Notes: generated from the letters alone by a model not told the origin. Counted from the first letter of the stretch, positions 1 to 12,729 are shown. The stretch is 64,000 nt of DNA from Camelus dromedarius (GCF_036321535.1 NC_087437.1:94676001-94740000); one strand, 5' to 3'. Numbers and translations are program-made.

Positions 1-1184
1 CTTGGACTAGTCTAAAATAAGATAATATACCGCGTATATGTGTTTTCAGTTTCTTCCCACAAATGGAGACTCCAGATCCCATCAGTAACTGAGTAAGTCT
101 TTAGGATTGTATTCCAGCCTTTTTGGTTCACTTGCAGTCCCAATTTTTCATCTTGTAAAATCTTTTAAAATGTAGAGAACAAGGAAAGGAGGCAAAATGG
201 AAACTGGTTAATACATACAAACATGCACAAGGCAATGAAGTGAAAAGGATGTGGAAATCTACTACATCCCCTTATTTCTACAACTGGTCACAAAATTGGA
301 ATGGGTTTGCGCCACCCTTGGACTCTGTCTGTGTCCCTGTGCCCTCAGCCAGCACTTCAGCTGTTCGGGGTTTTCTACATAGTAAAGTGACCCAAATCTT
401 GATTTCTCAGGGATCTAATCAATTGGGGGAAATGTAATTTTTCTGTAAAACAAAATCTAAGTTAAAAATCCTTAGGCATTTAGAACTTCAAAGATTCTGT
501 TTGTTTGCTTGCTTGTTGGTATAGCTTGTCTGCATTCTTACAAATGTTTAAATTATATCAAGAATTTGAAAAATTAAGCCTGAATTAAACAGAATAAAAT
601 TGTTATTCATTTTTGTTTTATTTAATTAATTTTCTGAAAATGTACAGATCTAAAATATTATATATAATTGAATGATCAAGATAGTTTGAAATCAATTTTC
701 TTAAACTTCATGATCTCTAATACCTTCATGATTTGATTAACTAAATTATATTTATTTTTGTTTTGTAATATTATAGAACACTTTCAATCCCTAAAAATTA
801 TAATAATCGATTTTAAAATTGCATCACAAACCAAAATTAGCTAATTGTGAACGTCAAACACCAGTAAGGAAGTAACACAAAAAGGAAAAAAGAAAAGTGG
901 GAAAGACAAAAAACAGTATAAAAATTCAGAAAGTTTATAAAAGCAATTACAGGAGCACTTGGCATATAACAGTAGTAAAATGATCGTCCATATCTTGTAT
1001 TTAAGAAGAAAAATGAAATAAGAGTAAATTAAATCAAAATAGAATGCTATATAATTTACTAATTGCTTGAAAAACAGAACTTTCAACTAAAAATATAATG
1101 AAGCTAACAGACTTAATTCAATAAGAATTAGTGCTATATGGAGTGGCCAGTTCAGATAAGTATTTGACCCCTAAAGTGATTTTT

Positions 1185-1312
1185 AACACCTTTGCTATGG
1201 TATGGTTCCTGTACAGAAAACTACGCATATTTCAAATGTACAATTTGATGAATTTTGATAGATGTATACACCAATGAAACCACTACCACAATCAAGATAG
1301 CTAGCATTTCCA
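1185..1312 (-). mobile_element. Old L1 (L1MB/L1MC-type) 3' end fragment
   Basis: aaatgtacaatttgatgaattttgatagatgtatacaccaatgaaaccactaccacaatcaagata...catttcca matches the reverse complement of old mammalian L1 3' UTRs. Confidence 0.75.
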
Positions 1313-1380
1313 GACAGAGAGAACAAATTTAACGGGGTAAAGGCAGTGGGAAGGGATAAATTGGGAATTTGAAAATTGCA
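1311..1380 (+). mobile_element. Short internal piece of a young L1 3' UTR
   Basis: cagacagagagaacaaa...gggaagggataaattgggaatttgaaaattgca is similar to the reverse complement of 4785-4870 (L1 3' UTR in this window). Confidence 0.7.
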
Positions 1381-1943
1381 CCTCCTGGGGAGTGATGGAA
1401 ATGTTAGCAAAATGATTAGTTTTAGATTGCTACTATAACAATATTAGGATGTTGCCCCCCAAATTTTCTACTCCAAACTCACGTAGTTTATGAATTTCCT
1501 GCCAGTAGGCTGTTTTGTCACTTGCTGCCAGGAGCCTCCTTGCTTAGCTCAATGCTGTTAACCCTGGTTCCTTTACCCCTTCAAGCTGCTGAACTGACTT
1601 CTGTCAATAACCATAAATTGGAATAGACTTTGCAGCTTTCAGGGTACTCCTTCATGGGTCAAGTTCTCTGACCCAAAGCCTGAGGGCTATGATGGGCTTA
1701 GACTTTGAGCAGGACTAGCTTATATCCTGGCTCAGGAAGCGATATCATAGGCATAAGCATAATCTTTGTGGCCACAGCTTGATTGTGACACGTGTTAGGA
1801 TGAACCAGAATCTCCAATTGTAGCCTAGGTGTTCGCTTACAGGTGTGTATCCATGGCCCTCCAAAGCTAACATTAGTATTTCCACAGAATCCTATTTGGT
1901 AATTTGACAAGTACATATTCCTGTTCTCATTTTTCATGTCAGG

Positions 1944-2580
1944 TAATTGAGGTATAATTTATATATGCTAAAGGTCACCCTTTACAGTTGTATATTTCTA
2001 TGTGTTTTGAAAATATAGTAATGTGACCATCACCATAATAAAGACACAGAATATTTCCATTACCTCAAAATATTTCTTCATGTCCTTTTGTGATCAATCT
2101 TGCTGGCAAACTTAGATCAAAAGTTTTCTGATCTAAGATTTCTATCCCTATATTTTGGTCTTTTTAAGAAAAATCATCAAAATCAGATTTTATAATTAGT
2201 AGCTCTTTTTTTTCTTTCTGGATTCTTTCATTTGGCATAATGCTTTTGAGATCTATCCATAGTGTTAACTTGCATCGGTAGTCATTCTTTTTCGATTTTT
2301 GATTAGTATTTCATTGTGTAGGTGTGTAACAACTTTCTCATCGAGTCACTGCTTGATGGACAATTGATTTGTTTCATGATTGAGGTGGTTATGAATAAAG
2401 CTAATCTAAATATTCACATACAGTCTTTGTGTGGGCATGTGTCTTTTCTCTTGGGTAAATACCTAAGGGTTGAATTGTGGGTTTAGGATAAGAGTATGTT
2501 TAACGTCATAAGAAATGGTCACATTATTTAAACATATTGCCTTTGACATGTTGCATTTCCACCAGCAATGTATCAGAATA
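1944..2580 (-). mobile_element. Old L1 (L1MB/MC-type) 3' region
   Basis: ttgaggtataattt... start, ctggattctttcatttggcataatgcttttgagatctatcca and ttgggtaaatacctaag...cattccaccagcaatgtat-like motifs typical of antisense L1M. Confidence 0.8.
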
Positions 2581-2609
2581 TGTACTGCTTAGTAACAACT
2601 GCAGCAGCA

Positions 2610-2888
2610 ATAGTAACAATAACAACAATTGTACTGAGTGCATGTTCAACATCTCCCATGTAACAGGCACTGTGCTGGACGCTACATATGTCTAATCCAT
2701 TTCTTCTTCACAGAGAATGTGAAGTGAATACGGTTATTACATATGTATTTCCAATGAGGAAATTGAAACCAGAAAAATGTCACGTAACTTGCCTGAGTTG
2801 TCCCGGCCTACAAGTATTAGAGCTGATTTTCAAACCCAGACACCCTGGCCATAGGATTGCATCCCCTAAACACAAGGGTCTACTGCCT
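2610..2888 (-). mobile_element. MIR SINE, near full length
   Basis: caggcactgtgct...atgaggaaattgaaaccag...gtaacttgcctgag...ttcaaacccag...tactgcct follows the antisense MIR consensus. Confidence 0.8.
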
Positions 2889-4219
2889 TTTCATTTACTG
2901 GTTAAATAGACATTAGGAGTAAAACAGAATTGGCCATCCTAAAGAAAAATAAAGGATTCTAAAAATCGCACTCTTAGGGAGAGTGTTGAAAGGCATCTTG
3001 CACAGAACATAAACTGGAAAAGTTAGCATCCAAGAACGTGGGAAAATGTCATTAGTATGTGCATACAATAGCTATTCATATATACAAGTTGCCCAATTTG
3101 TTCTGCATTTACACAGTTCCTTTGCAATCCCGTTGCAAAAGGGAGCTGTTTTCCTCAAACTGATGTGAGGTTTAGATTGAATGTAAAAGGCCTAAACTTA
3201 TAATCAGACAGGAAAATAACTTCAATCTTTGTGAATAAGAACAGAGGTTGAAAGTCTCAGACTCCAGTACACAAACAGAATTCTGCTTAATCTGAGAAAG
3301 AAATAGAACATGACATATGTTTATTATATAAAAGCAGAAGACTTAGTGGAATCACTAAAATAGACTTTATGTTTTCATTTGCAGACTGCATTAACTGCTC
3401 ATGACAATTGACAGATACTTAATAGTTTAGCACCTGTATGTTGCCCAGAGCTATTTGTTTTTATATTTTCATTAATTATTTTGGGAAAATTTTAAGGCCC
3501 AGTTTTGACAGTATATATAGAACCACACACTTTAAAAAAAGTTTTTTTTTCAAACTATATTAGATGGTTTTCTCATCATTTAGCTGAATGAAAGGAGAAA
3601 GACAGTAAAACTGGTTCTAAAAGACCTGGCTGTAACCACATTTTCAGAGATAGACGCGATAGAAATAGCTGAAGAAAGGGGGAAAGGAGTGATAGTCACG
3701 TTGGTGTCTGAAGGACCTGGGACTGTGCATGTTGTGTATATTGTGTATATTGTTTGTGTTAAGTGACAGTACACAAAAAGGCATTGCATCTTCTCTCCTA
3801 CTTTAATCTTTGCTTATTTTTTTTAAATTCAGAGTGAAAGTTCAAATATGTGTTTCTATAGCACATAGTATATCTAGACTGAATTACATCAAAAGTGGCA
3901 GCTCCTACCTCTTCAGCCCATTTGGTACTAAATAATTGTAGGCAAGTAGGGGCCACTCTGCCAAGATTTTTGTAAAAATTCGCCAAGTGATTTTCAAAAA
4001 TTTATGAAGATTAAAAAAAAATTGAGAATAGCTAAAGCTGTGCTATGGTATGAGAACAGAGTATATACAGTCATCAGAGCACAAAGGGTGTACCAACAAT
4101 ACGAGATAGTGTGGAAGCTAGATTTTTCTATCCAATTTCTCTTTATCTATATTTGTGTCTAGGAAAAGGCTCTCTTAGTCTTCTGGTCTGATCTGAATCG
4201 CCCAGATTTTAGAACCTCT

Positions 4220-4270
4220 TGTGTGTGTATGTGCACGTGTGTGTGCACGTGTGTGTGTGTGTGTGTGTGT
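4220..4270. repeat. Interrupted (TG)n microsatellite
   Basis: tgtgtgtgtatgtgcacgtgtgtgtgcacgtgtgtgtgt... seen directly. Confidence 0.95.
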
Positions 4271-4604
4271 CCCACACTGCTCTTATCCAATGCTTCTTTG
4301 AGTCACAGTCTTTACTGTTTCAGAAAATTTCAATTAAACTTTACATCTGTCTTGGATTTTCTGTGTCTACTTGATGTTTACCAGGGAAAATCAGGAATCT
4401 CTAACCAGCCACTGGTCTTCTTCGCCTCTATTTCTGCTACATTGTACTATTGTGAGACAAGTTGAAAAGAATCCTAAATCAGGTGGAAACCTGATCTCTC
4501 ATGACATTTTCAATATTATCCCTGGCTTCCATAGATCAAGGATGTTCAAGCATTTTGTTCTTGGTGTCACAGGAACGACTTTATAAAGCAGTTTTGCTAG
4601 CCTC

Positions 4605-5198
4605 TTTTTTTTTAATTGAAGTACAGCCTGTAACAATGTGCCAATTTCTGGTGTACAGCACAATGTCCCAGTCATCCATATACATACATATATTTGTTTT
4701 CATATTCTTTTTCATATAAGATATTGAATAAAGTTCCCCGTGCTATACAGAAGAATTTTTTAATCTATTTTTATATATAGTGTCTAACATTTGGAAATCT
4801 CAAACTCCCAAATTTATCCCTTCCTACCTGCTTTCCCCCAGTAACCATAAGATTGTTTACTACATCTGCATGTCTGTTTCTGTTTTGTAGATTTAGTAGT
4901 TCATTAGTGTCCTCTTTTTTTTCCCTTTTTTAGATTCCACATATGAGTGATATCATATGGTATTTTTCTTTCTCTTTCTGGCTTACTTCACTTAGAATGA
5001 TAATTTCTAGGTCCTTCCATGTTGCTGCAAATAGCATTATTTTATTCTTTTTTATGGCTGAGTAATATTCCATTGTATAACTATACCACGACTTCTTTAT
5101 CCAGTCATCTGTTGATGGACATTTAGGTTGTTTCCATGTCTTGGCTATTGTATATAGTGATGCTATGAACATTGGGGTGCACTTATCCTTTTGAATAG
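4605..5198 (-). mobile_element. 5'-truncated young L1 (ORF2 C-terminus + 3' UTR + poly-A)
   Basis: Poly-T at 4605; ORF 4930-5220(-) contains PMFIASLYTIAKTWKQPKCPSTDDWIKK...YHMISLICGI, the classic L1 ORF2 C-terminus. Confidence 0.95.
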
Positions 5199-6049
5199 AC
5201 CAACTGAAATAAATTGTCATTAAAAATGGCTATTGTGTTATCAAGGAAGCATTGTTCATTTTCTAACAAGTTTCTTTCCAGGACTTTGTTCTCCCTGTGA
5301 TCCAGTATAAATGTACATCTTAATAAATGAATAAAATGTATGGAATGAATAGTGGAAATGGAAGGAAGTAGTCATATGTGTTTTTCAGCAGATATGCCCT
5401 CTGTTAAATGTAGGGAGTTTATTTGTTGCAAGATGATGAAATTCACCCCCAGTTAGCTCCAACATTCAGAGTTTATTGCAAGAAAACACACACACAGCTT
5501 CCCAGGAATACTCCTTAGGAAAAGCAGAGATAACATAAGGCTACTTTCAAGAAGTAGGTAAAATGTTTAAAGATCAAATCAAATGGAACGAATCTCAGGC
5601 TGTTTGAGGCATTTCAGGAGCATGTCCCCCCTCAGCGGTTTCCTCAGTTTCTACTCTTCTCATGGCTTATTCATCATGGTTTACCTTTCCCAGCTGTCTA
5701 CTTCCTCCTAACGTGACCTCTGCTCTTTCATATAACCTCTCTTTACCTGATTTCCATTCACTCTTTTTTTTTTTTCTGTGTTCTCTGCATTGTCTCTTTG
5801 TACTTTTAATTCATATTCTTAAAAATTAAAATCCAACTAACTCAATACATCTCCACAGAACAGATCACTCGCCAAAATGTGGATTGGTTTCCCCTACATC
5901 AAGTTCCCATCAGATCTTCAAAGGAAGAGAGATAGTATAAAACATTGCCTCCTGAGGCCATGCCTTCATCAGGGGCTGTGGTCTTGGGAAGTATCACATT
6001 TGGATGTTTTGCATGTCTTCATGAAAAGACAAAGGGAAATTTAAGTGCT

Positions 6050-6182
6050 CCATAAGCTCCATGAGAACCAGGACTTTCTTTTTGTAACACATTGTTATAT
6101 CTCTGTTTCTGAGAACAATGCGTGGCACATTGTGAACACTCAAATATTTACTGATTGCATGAATACACGAATGACTAATGGA
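6050..6182 (+). mobile_element. L2 3' end
   Basis: aagctccatgagaaccaggact...tggcacattgtgaacactcaaatatttactga...gaatga is the typical L2 terminus. Confidence 0.8.
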
Positions 6183-6959
6183 TCACTTGGATTTGCTTAA
6201 GGAATGTGCAATAATTTCACAATGGTATGGAACCAGGCCATCCAACCTGGTCCAGGTCATGTTCAATGTGAACTAGCCTCAAATGGTTGCTTAGGTGTGG
6301 AGCAAGTGAATAAATTTGTGCATGAGTAATGTGAGGGAAATCTCAGACTTACCCAGACCAGAAAAAAAAAAGCACCTCAGTCACCTTCTTCCAGATCATG
6401 TCTATATGAACGTATCTTCTATAATTAAAAAATATATATATTTAATTTTGCTGTTTATAGTATAGGATGATAATAAGAGCAAGAACATGGGCTTGGTTCC
6501 CACATCAGGCAGGCACCGTCTCTTGAACCACATGCAGCATCTAACTACTGGAAGTTTAGAGACATGTGTAAGAGAAACAAATTCAAGAATAATCTTACTG
6601 AAGATGTCCCTGAGGCATCATAATTGCACAGAAATAAAATTATTCTAAATCTCTCTATATAGAATCTCCAAGTGGAATCTTACCCAAGAAAGGAGGGAAG
6701 TCTTATGGACAGAACCGTATATTAATAAGGACAGTTGGGAGAATTATGAAGGAAGCATTTTTGGTCCTTCTCCATCTCATCCATATTCATCCTCATCCTT
6801 CTCACTCTTCTCCACAGTTCTACTAAGCTTCCATGCATATGTGCTTATAACTCTTCACTGGATATTTCCTGAGGGCTCCTCTTTATATTTTTCATCAAAA
6901 TGCTAACGCTAAATCATTCAATACTTTTCTGTTAGGAAAACTAATAAAAAATCATACCA

Positions 6960-7150
6960 GCGTGCCTATTTACAGTCATAAGGCGTATGCCCACGTATCA
7001 TCTCAACTGAGCCACGCAGAAATTTGACGAGCCAAGTATTCTTAATAAGAACATTTCACAGGTGAGAACATGGGGGCTCATTTCGGAGGAGTGACCTGCT
7101 CAGAGCTATTTATCCATAGGCCGTATTATCAGGATCTGAATGTAGGCCTT
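6960..7150 (-). mobile_element. Diverged MIR fragment
   Basis: catttcacaggtgagaacatgggggctca...gtgacctgctcagag...ggatctgaatgtagg resembles the MIR core. Confidence 0.5.
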
Positions 7151-7517
7151 GTAACACCCTAAAGCTGTCTCTTGAGATTTCACACTTCATGAAAGTGTGA
7201 TCACAATTTAACATATCACTACTTCCTATGAATATTTACACTTCAGTGTGAAAGTGAAGACTGGCAATATATAACCCAAAGTTTCCTTAGTAGTAAAAAA
7301 TGAAATACTTTGACAGCTCTCTAGAATTTTATTTCTGGGGAGGGTTATCTTCTCATTTTCTAAAGGTGAGGTTGACTCACCCTTAACAAAGCCCACTTAT
7401 TTCCAGACTGCCTCTTAGTCCACAAATGGTGGAAACAGAATGCTGAATTTTTTAAATTAATCTACTTTTCTGTATTCTTAATGGCCTAGATCCACTCTGA
7501 TTTTGAATGTTTCTCTC

Positions 7518-7593
7518 TGTGCTTGCTTAGAAAGCACAAGGTCCTGGGTTCAATCCCCGGTACCAACATTAAAAACATTCATTCATTCATTCA
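7518..7593 (+). mobile_element. 5'-truncated tRNA-derived SINE (camelid Vic-1-like) with TSD
   Basis: tgcttgcttagaaagcacaaggtcctgggttcaatccccggtacc (B box GGTTCAATCCC); flanked by ttgaatgtttctctc (7503-7517) and ttgaatgtttctttc (7594-7608). Confidence 0.85.
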
Positions 7594-9179
7594 TTGAATG
7601 TTTCTTTCCATTATAAGCCATAGGTTTGTTTCAGGATGCGTTGGACTCTTGAGCAGAATGGATAATTCTCTCAAGTCACTGCAAGGCATTTTCTCCTCTG
7701 CAACTGTAGAAATATACTAAATAAAGCTGTATTGAGAAAGTGTGACTGGCACTAATGATGATAGGAGTTCGGTCCAAGACAGTGCAGTCAAAAGAGAGGG
7801 AGAGGGAAGAATTCTGGGCGAGTGGGAGTTTTACCTTCCGCTGTCCTCCCCACCCTCTCCAAATGAACAACCTGGAGAACTCTGAATTCTACTTTATTAT
7901 TACATTCTCAATCCTTGTTTTGTTCTCTTTAGGAATGACACAAATAGTTTTAAAATATGTTTGGCAATTTAAGTATGATGTCTGCTAAAGCCAAACCAAG
8001 CTGTGATTCCAACATCCGATTTGGATTTAAATAGAGCCCTCCTTTATCACCAGATCATCCTGATTTCTAAACTCATTGGGAAATCTCTGTTTTTACTGTT
8101 TTGTACCCTCTTCACACAAAGGCACTAAGCCAAGTATTTTAAACTAACATGGTATGAATGAATATTTCTATTTTCTGTAGTAGATGATTTAGTGATACAA
8201 TCAGGTAACCCTCCTGAAGATGGTAAACTAATGTAATTAATACATCAGCCAAGGTACTTAGTGAAGGATTTGAATTTAAATGTTTGTCAAACTCCCTTTG
8301 CAAACAGTTACATATTATGTCACTAAGATAATTTTCAGTTCTTTTCCGTCCTTAATCAACTCAAAGCCAGAAACAGCGTAGCTACATTTTTCTATTCTAA
8401 AGAGATAGGAAAAATTTCTTTTGTTGGTTAAATGTTTTTAGTGAATCAAGTGCCCTATTTTCTTTTCCATTTTCAAAACATTACTGGGATAACGGAGGCA
8501 AATTCAATGTAGAATAGAGTTCATTTACTACCAAGAGAGTTGATAGAAACATATTTTTGACATGAATTCAAATCAGATTTATAATAAAAAGTTTCATGTA
8601 TGTAGGAAATCATTTAATTATCAATAAAATGTCAAATAAATGCAGAGATTAAAGCCAACGAAAGCAAAAGCATCACCAGTTCCTGTATTTGTGTGTGTGT
8701 GGCGAGTCAGGAGAAAGTGTATATGCTTCTGCTCCAAAAGTCAATATTGTCTTTTCTTTACTGGCTTCTCAAAATAAGTACAAATGCTAGTGTTAGACTT
8801 TTAGCTATAGGATTTATTTTCAAAGTGTTTTTTCACTGGGAGAAAAAAGTGTCTCACAATATTCTGTAGTTTTTTTTTTAAGTCTGGAAGGATGCGTAGG
8901 TCTTTTTATATAGCTTGAAGCACAAAATACATGAAGAGGTGTACTGCTTTTCTCCAAAAAGGCTCGAACCTGTAGGAAGAAACCCTATCAGCTTTAATTG
9001 TTTTGAACAAAGATACTGAAATGTGAGCTAGTTGAATAGTTGATATAAATTGGATTGTTAAAGCTTTCTTAAGGGCAGTTAATGATGTACAAAGTATCAC
9101 CAAAGTAAGGATTGCAGCAGTGAAGGTAAGAGATGCAATAGACATGATGTGCCTTTTATGCAGAGAAAACTGCAATTGG

Positions 9180-9768
9180 AAAAGAAACATGAACCCTAAT
9201 GTTCATAGGAGCACTATTTACAATAGCCAAAACATGGAAACAGTCTAAATGTCTATCAACAGATGACTGGATAAAGAAGTTGTGGTATATTTATACAATG
9301 GAATACTACTCAGCAATAAAAAAGAATAAGATAATGCCATCTGCAGCAGCATGGATGGACCTAGAGATTATCATAGTAAGTGAATTAAGTCAGACAGAGA
9401 AAGACAAATATCATATGATATTACTTATATGTGGAATCTAAACAATGATACAGATGAACTTATTTACAAAACAGAAACAGTCTCGCAGACATGGAAAACA
9501 AACTTACGGTTAGGGAAAAGGAAAAGGGATGGGAAGAAGGGATAAATCAGGTGTTTGGGATTAGTAGATACAAACTACTATATATAAAACAGATACACAA
9601 TAAGATCTTACTGTATAGGCCAGAGAACCAGAGAACATTATTTAATATTTTGAATTAATCTATAATGAAAAATAATATGAGAAAGAATATATATAAATGA
9701 ATCACTATGCTGTACACCGGAAACTAAGACAACAATGCAAATCAATCATACCTCAATAAAAAAAAAAA
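9180..9768 (+). mobile_element. 5'-truncated L1 (ORF2 C-terminus + 3' UTR + poly-A)
   Basis: ORF 9199-9441 MFIGALFTIAKTWKQSKCLSTDDWIKK...; ends cctcaataaa + A run. Confidence 0.95.
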
Positions 9769-10023
9769 GAAATGGTATGCCTTTATTAGTCAGCTAATAT
9801 AAATGACTTCCTTTTTATCAAACATAAATATTATGATTTAGTAATTCAATTTATAATATGCTCAAAATACACATATACATAAACATATACATCTTTACAT
9901 ATACATGTATATCTGCATATTTATACAGATACATAAACTTTAAATTCTATTTATAGCTTTTTAACTTTTAAGTTGATTGTGTGCCATGTTTTTGAAAGAT
10001 CAGACCCACCCAAGAACAAAAAT

Positions 10024-10077
10024 CAATAATAATAGTAGTAATAATAATAATAATAAAAATAATGATAATATAATAAA
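10024..10077. repeat. (AAT)n low-complexity tract
   Basis: aataataatagtagtaataataataataataa... seen directly. Confidence 0.9.
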
Positions 10078-10899
10078 ATTATGGGGAAAACGAGATCTAA
10101 AAATACTTTGTTGCTAGTGTTTGTTAGTTTGGGTCTTTTTTAGTAGATGTGCATTGTTCATAATTGTATGGTTGGAATTTTCTATTTTGGTGTGCTGATG
10201 CAAATATCCATCCTAAAAAATTAAGTCCTGGTTATAGAAAAATTAGTTTTATCAGTTTAAAGATTGAACGAATATGTCAGGATGCTTGATTCTCCTATCT
10301 TCTGAGTCTGCTAACAGCTCATTGTTTTTATAAATGCTTTGACTCTCTAATGAACATCTTATTTTTAAAACTTGAGTAAAGTTTGCAGGACACCAGAGCA
10401 AAACTTCATTTGTTTCATATATGTGAAATTAATGAAGCAAAGGAGAGCTTCATTCATAAAATCTTCCTTAACGATAATACTAATTTTTACAGAAGATTGA
10501 GCCACTACATACTCAGTGTGCTTACATATCACAATGCAGTTCATCTTTGCACTTCTTTAGATACATGTACATATGTGGATTCTGCAACAACTATCATTTT
10601 CCCAAATTGTATGGAAGTAAACCAAGACATAGCATTTACATCACTTTCTCAGGCTACAGTGTGAAACAAGTGATGGAATTGTGATCTGAGTCCGGGTCTG
10701 ACTCTCTCCAAACCCAGCCTTTTACATTAAACCATGATTCTTCTCTGGACTCCCAAATAGCAATTTTCACTATAAAATGTAAAGACAGGTATACAAACAT
10801 AAACACAAGAAAGAGGCCCAGGAGCCCAAATGGCATGTGTTGCACCAGAAGAATGCACCCATCCAGGGGTCGTTTACTGAAGTCCAGGAATATAAAAAC

Positions 10900-11300
10900 A
10901 GGTATGATAGAGTCCTTTCTGTATCTCACAATCTAATGGAAGAGACACAAGTAAACAAAACTTTTAAAACAGTCACATACCGTTTTAGCAATCGTATGTT
11001 GACAGTAACTGGGAGGAGAGCGAGTGCCTAATGACCTTCTGAGACCGAGAAAGTAGGTCTTCATCAAGGAGGAGATGTTGAGACAGAGGCTTGCAGTAAA
11101 AGTAACTAATGTTTCTAAAAACACAGGAGTGCAAGGGCATGGTAACCAGAGAGAATGGCACGCACAGAGGTGCATGGAGGGGATGGGCTGAAATCCAGGC
11201 TGAGTGGGAGGGAAGAGTCACAGAAGAGGACGCTAGACAGGTGGTGGGGGTGTGGGAAGGGCTGGCATGTTGTACAAAGTCATATTAAAATGCTTACTTT
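10900..11300 (-). mobile_element. Diverged L2 fragment
   Basis: ctcacaatctaatggaagagacacaagtaaacaa...ggtcttcatcaaggaggagatgttgag purine-rich antisense L2 pattern. Confidence 0.6.
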
Positions 11301-11424
11301 TGTTGCACCAGGCTAATTAGAATATTGATGATATGATGTATGTGAACTCCTTGACCACAATGGCTGGTTCACAGTCTCTCTCAGCGAATCAGAGTCACAG
11401 AGAGTCACAGAGTAGGTGCAAAAA

Positions 11425-11548
11425 TGCGTGGTGGTTAATACCTAGACTCTGGAACAAGAAGTCTGGTCCTGGACCCTGGTTCCACAGCTCTGTGGCTTTG
11501 GGAAAAGCATTTAACCCCTCTGAGTCTCAGTTTCCTCTTCCGTAAAAG
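11425..11548 (+). mobile_element. MIR 5'/core fragment
   Basis: gtggttaa...gactctgga...ctgtggctttgggaaaagcatttaacccctctgagtctcagtttcctcttccgtaaaa. Confidence 0.85.
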
Positions 11549-11559
11549 ACAAACAAAAA

Positions 11560-12300
11560 TTACAGCAACAGCAACAATAGCAGTACTAATACAGTTTATC
11601 TACATTTTATTCGTGCTGGCTTTATTACAGGTAATGCTTTAGGATATTTAATTGCACTTGTTACCGCGAGGAGGGGGAAAAGCCTTGGTTCTTTGTCTTA
11701 CCCAAGAAAAAGAATTAAACAGGAGATTGAAGTGTGATATAAACAGAAAATTTTATTAGTAGAGCAAAAGTTAGTATAGTACACCTCCAAGAGAGGAGAA
11801 CGGCCCGCCCCTCCTGTTTCTCCTGTCCTGTACCCTGGCTTAGGGACATTCTCATGATTGATTGACAGTTCAGGTCCCTTAATTGCACTGCACTCATCTC
11901 CTTTGTGCGTGCCCTTACCCATGATGCACACAGAAAGACCTAGAAGGGGCCCAAAGCACAATGCTAATTACATTATAATGGATATTGCATCATGTTAAGC
12001 CTGGTACTTCTCTCTACTGAGCTGCCGCAGCGTTCGATTCTAACCGGCTTCTCTGCTTGCCCTCATTTAGAGAAAGTAAAACTCTTTGAAGCCTCGTATC
12101 CTGAGGGCAGGTGTACTGTTATTTTCTGGGTGGCTCCCTCCCCCTTCCTCTCCCCTTGCCCAGTGCTCATTTCTATCTAACTGCCAAACTCATTGACTCA
12201 TTTAATGTTTCTAACCATCCTAAAAGTCAGATAGTATTTTTATCCTTATTTTACAGAGTGGAAAACTGAGGCCAAAAAGAGGTTAACTAAGGACACAATT
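11560..12300 (-). mobile_element. MIR split by a solo LTR (halves ~11560-11658 and ~12193-12300)
   Basis: Left half ends gctttaggatatttaattgcact; right half resumes ttgactcatttaat...ttttacagagtggaaaactgaggccaaaaagaggttaa. Confidence 0.7.
11659..12192 (-). mobile_element. Solo ERV1-class LTR (MER41-like lineage), ~534 bp
   Basis: TG...CA termini (tgttacc / aactca), AATAAA on - strand at 11752-11757 with ~90 bp of R/U5 beyond it, GC box cccgcccc, several CpGs retained; TSD not clean. Confidence 0.8.
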
Positions 12301-12344
12301 GAGCGTGTATGCATATAACCCACATCTTCCCATTACAGAGCACA

Positions 12345-12729
12345 TACTGATGCTCACGGCTGGGGTAGAAGGTTCATGGTGCCTTGCTCGTATGTCTGGC
12401 AGCTGATGGAAACTGTTAGCTGTAGCACCTCACTCGTCTCCAATTGCATCTCAGCCTCCAGTAGGATAGACCAGATTCCTTTTGTGGCTGTCAAGTTCCA
12501 TGAGAGCAAAAGCAGATGCTGTAAAGACCTCATGAGGCCCAACCTTGACAGTCATACGCATCGATTTTGCTGTGTTTCATTGGTCAGAATAAGTCACCAG
12601 GCCAATCCAGATTCAAGTAATACTGAAACCGACCCCGCCCTCCATGGGAGGGCTGCCAGAAGAAACGTGCACCTGAGCACTCCGGACGGCAGCAACCATT
12701 GCAGTCACCTTTGTGCAAGCACTACCACA
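12345..12729 (-). mobile_element. MaLR LTR (MLT1K/L-like)
   Basis: cattggtcagaataagtcaccaggccaatccagattcaag...ccctccatgggagg...ctaccaca is characteristic of old MLT1 LTRs. Confidence 0.8.

Noticed and set aside
4930..5220. 96-aa ORF (and the similar 80-aa ORF at 9199-9441) as genes
   Set aside because: Both are the L1 ORF2 C-terminus inside truncated L1 copies
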